From contig CAVUSO010000001.1 in NCBI GenBank assembly GCA_963744145.1, forward strand, positions 7,232,001-7,296,000: a DNA stretch of 64,000 bases. Direction: 5' to 3'. The DNA is from an uncultured cyanobacterium. Lineage in GTDB: Bacteria; Cyanobacteriota; Cyanobacteriia; Cyanobacteriales; CAWUOF01. Positions within the stretch are counted from its first letter, which is position 1; each line of letters begins with the position of its first letter. Below, in pieces: positions 61,241 to 64,000 of the stretch. A program made the translations under genes and the position numbers. The notes below the pieces were generated by a model, which was given only the letters and a program-made list of their open reading frames with translations, did not search any database and was not told the origin of the DNA.

Positions 61241-62602
61241 ATGCTTGCATACATCCTAGCATTGGTGGTCGGTTTTGGTAGTTTGGCGATTTATATGGCT
61301 GCTTTCTTTTTCCCAGAAGTTCATCGTAAAGGAGACTTTATCTGGAGTGGAGTAGGTCTGTTTTACGCTTTGGTATTATGGACTTGTGCTGGGCGCATTA
61401 CAGGAGCAGTTCTTCTGGGTCAAGCAGCTAGTGTGGCTCTTGTATGTTGGTTTGTTTGGCAAACTTTAACTTTACGCAGGTTTGTCACTCCAGAAACAGA
61501 AAAAACCGTCATACCTAGTGATCCTTCAGGTAGGGTGATGGCTCGGTTAAGTGGATTGGTGCCATTTAAAAAGCGTCCAGAGAAAGCCCCAGTTCCAGCG
61601 ACCCCAACGACCACGTTAGAGACTGATTCCCCCAAACCTGTGGAAGAATCTGTCTCCACAGCAACAGTAGATCAAGCAGAAAAAAAATCGGCGATCGCAG
61701 ATCAAGTCCAAGGTTCGAGGGATTCAATTACTCAGGTAGAACTAGCGATCGCATCCCCTAGTTCACCTTCTTCAGAAACCGAACCAGCGATCAACCATCC
61801 TAGCTCTGTTAGCGTTTCCCCTGAACCGGAACCGTCGGTGAAGACTGAAGAACCTATTGCGACTGAACCGGAACCGTCGGTGAAGACTAATGATGAGGAT
61901 TTTGATATTGATGATGAAGAATTTGCAGCTAAAGGATCTTCCTCGTCCTCAGTGAGCAATGAAACTGTAACCTCTCCACCGAAAACTGAGTCAGCTAAAG
62001 CAAAAACTAAATCTGGGGGTAACTTATTCAGTTGGATCAAAGGGATTTTTAGTAAACCTAAAAAAGATAAATCTGCATCTGTTCCGGAAACTTCTGCAAA
62101 CCAGGTCGCTGCTGCTCCAGAAAACTTGACTAAAGCGCCAGAATCTGATTTGGAACAAAAAACTACATCTGAAGATGATTTAAAATCGACTTCGGAAACT
62201 AGCACAACCTCAGAGCCAGTAGAATCAATTCACCCTGAGACATTAGACCATGCAGTTGGGCAAACAGAAACAAGCCATGAGGAAGTAACTCACCCAGCAG
62301 AACCAACTCCACCAATAGCACAAACGGAAACCGTTCCAGTTGCAACTTCCGAAGTAGTTCCTGAAGTTGAACATCCCAAGGAAGTTGTAGATGCTGAACC
62401 TAAAATTGAACCTCAACCAATTACTGAGGTTACTACTGAATCTGCACCCCAACCCCCAACCAATTCAGAGTCTATAGAAGAATTAAGTTCAGCCAAAAAA
62501 ACTGATGCTGTTTTAGTAGACGCAGCTAAACATTCCACGGAAGCAAAATCTGCATCTAATCCAACGGATGATTTAACTAAATCATCTCAGGAAATTGACT
62601 AG
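61241..62602 (+). CDS. ycf66: Ycf66 family protein with a long acidic, Pro/Ser-rich tail
   Basis: AAFFFPEVHRKGDFIWSGVGLFYALVLW..AGRITGAVLLGQ; ATG at 61241. Confidence 0.82.
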   Translation: MLAYILALVVGFGSLAIYMAAFFFPEVHRKGDFIWSGVGLFYALVLWTCAGRITGAVLLGQAASVALVCWFVWQTLTLRRFVTPETEKTVIPSDPSGRVMARLSGLVPFKKRPEKAPVPATPTTTLETDSPKPVEESVSTATVDQAEKKSAIADQVQGSRDSITQVELAIASPSSPSSETEPAINHPSSVSVSPEPEPSVKTEEPIATEPEPSVKTNDEDFDIDDEEFAAKGSSSSSVSNETVTSPPKTESAKAKTKSGGNLFSWIKGIFSKPKKDKSASVPETSANQVAAAPENLTKAPESDLEQKTTSEDDLKSTSETSTTSEPVESIHPETLDHAVGQTETSHEEVTHPAEPTPPIAQTETVPVATSEVVPEVEHPKEVVDAEPKIEPQPITEVTTESAPQPPTNSESIEELSSAKKTDAVLVDAAKHSTEAKSASNPTDDLTKSSQEID

Positions 62603-62605
62603 AAC

Positions 62606-62793
62606 ACCTCTCCCCCAACCCCTCTCTATCACGGTCAAAGGGAGTAGTATAAACTCTCCCGTTTGACCTCTCCCCCAACCCCTCGACCCAGAAGAAAGGG
62701 GAGCAAGAATGACTCGCTCTTCAATCTCCCATCAATTTAATCATATTAATTACTTCCCCTGCCCTCCTAGGGAAGGGGGTTGGGGGGTTAGGT
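62606..62793. repeat. C/G-run palindromic intergenic repeat (MITE-like)
   Basis: CCTCTCCCCCAACCCCTC twice, plus complementary GAAGGGGGTTGGGGGTTAGG. Confidence 0.65.
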
Positions 62794-62896
62794 CTGATTA
62801 ATTAGGGGTGTCACTAAGTTATGTAACAAGTTGTTAAGTGCTACTGACAAGATTCTATAATAAAGTTTAATAACTTTCTCTCATTGGTATTTAGCT

Positions 62897-64000
62897 GTGA
62901 CAGAAGCGAAAAGTTACAAAGATACGGTAAACTTGCCCCAAACTAAATTTGAGATGCGGGCCAATGCTGTTAAGCGCGAACCGGAAATCCAAAAATTTTG
63001 GACAGAACAGCAGATTTACCAAATTCTGTCGCAGAATAACCCAGGAGACATCTTTGTTTTGCATGATGGTCCTCCCTACGCGAATGGATCTTTACATATT
63101 GGTCATGCCCTCAATAAGATTCTCAAAGATATTATCAATCGTTATCAGTTACTCCAAGGACGTAAGGTCCGTTATGTGCCAGGATGGGACTGTCACGGTT
63201 TACCCATTGAGATCAAAGTTTTACAGGAGATGAGTCCAAAGGAACGAGAAAATCTCACTCCTCTGAAATTACGTCAAAAAGCTCGGGATTTTGCCCTCGA
63301 AACTGTTAAAGAACAAAGTAAAGGTTTTCAACGTTATGGTGTTTGGGGTGATTGGGAAAATCCTTACTTAACTTTAACGTCAGAATACGAAGCAGCACAA
63401 ATTGGCGTATTTGGCAAGATGTTTCTGAAAGGTTATATTTATCGAGGATTTAAACCAGTTCATTGGAGTCCTAGTTCTAAAACTGCTCTAGCAGAAGCAG
63501 AACTTGAATATCCTGAAGATAACGAAGGTAAACCCACTCATACTTCTCGTAGTATTTATGTGGCTTTTCCCATTACTAATCTGTCAGAATCAGTTAAGTC
63601 CCTCCTCGAATCCTATCTACCTGATTTAAAAGTAGCAATCTGGACAACGACACCTTGGACGATTCCTGCTAATTTAGCGATTAGTGTTAATCCCAAACTG
63701 AACTATTCAGTAGTTGAAGTAGGATCAGGTAATCAGTATTTGTTAATTGCGACAGATTTAGTCGATCGCTTATCGGTCACTTTGGGTAATCCGTTAACGA
63801 TTAAAGTGACTGTTTTGGGTCAGGATTTAGAACATATTACCTATAGTCATCCTCTATTTGAACGGGAAAGTAAAATCGTCATCGGTGGTGATTATGTGAC
63901 TACTGAATCAGGGACAGGGTTAGTTCATACTGCTCCTGGTCATGGTCAAGAAGATTATCAGGTTGGGTTGCGTTATGGGTTACCAATATTTGCACCAGTA
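62897..64000 (+). CDS. ileS: Isoleucine--tRNA ligase (5' part, runs off window)
   Basis: GTG start, [65 protein letters not shown]. Confidence 0.96.
   Translation, partial: MTEAKSYKDTVNLPQTKFEMRANAVKREPEIQKFWTEQQIYQILSQNNPGDIFVLHDGPPYANGSLHIGHALNKILKDIINRYQLLQGRKVRYVPGWDCHGLPIEIKVLQEMSPKERENLTPLKLRQKARDFALETVKEQSKGFQRYGVWGDWENPYLTLTSEYEAAQIGVFGKMFLKGYIYRGFKPVHWSPSSKTALAEAELEYPEDNEGKPTHTSRSIYVAFPITNLSESVKSLLESYLPDLKVAIWTTTPWTIPANLAISVNPKLNYSVVEVGSGNQYLLIATDLVDRLSVTLGNPLTIKVTVLGQDLEHITYSHPLFERESKIVIGGDYVTTESGTGLVHTAPGHGQEDYQVGLRYGLPIFAPV

Noticed and set aside
62949..63233. 94-aa ORF in the track
   Set aside because: Out-of-frame overlap with ileS, which the track missed because it runs off the window

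Overview
Cyanobacterial chromosomal window; the HIP1 octamer GCGATCGC is abundant. Housekeeping blocks sit at 1-15.6 kb (EamA, SLH-OprB porin, M20 amidohydrolase, bioD, Ser/Thr kinase, prs, exbBD, amino-acid ABC binding protein), 29.8-35.3 kb and 55.7-64 kb (secF, ribD, ycf66, ileS), and flank two accessory regions. (1) A ~14 kb defence island (15.6-29.75 kb) lies between an ABC binding-protein gene and its permease gene. It carries a type III-C CRISPR effector operon (cmr1, cmr6, cas10/csx11 lacking GGDD, cmr4, cmr5, cmr3) with an intact, tightly coupled ABC-ATPase plus TOPRIM-like gene pair embedded between cmr1 and cmr6; this is the best candidate for an undescribed system. Back-to-back with it is a PARIS-like ariA/ariB pair whose ariB is split by an IS (9-bp TSD); that IS's transposase is in turn frameshifted by a 28-bp REP-like palindrome. 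No CRISPR array, cas6, cas1 or cas2 is visible. (2) A 36-55.7 kb patchwork contains a HEPN-like ORF, a C5 methyltransferase with a truncated TdeIII-like endonuclease, an ADP-ribosylglycohydrolase, an IS630 inside a cupin gene, and TPR, LRR, pentapeptide and haemagglutinin-domain genes. These are separated by HIP1-dense spacers and repeated fragments of one orphan gene tail. Five genes carry single-base frameshifts that may be sequencing errors. All family assignments come from reading motifs by eye, not from database searches.
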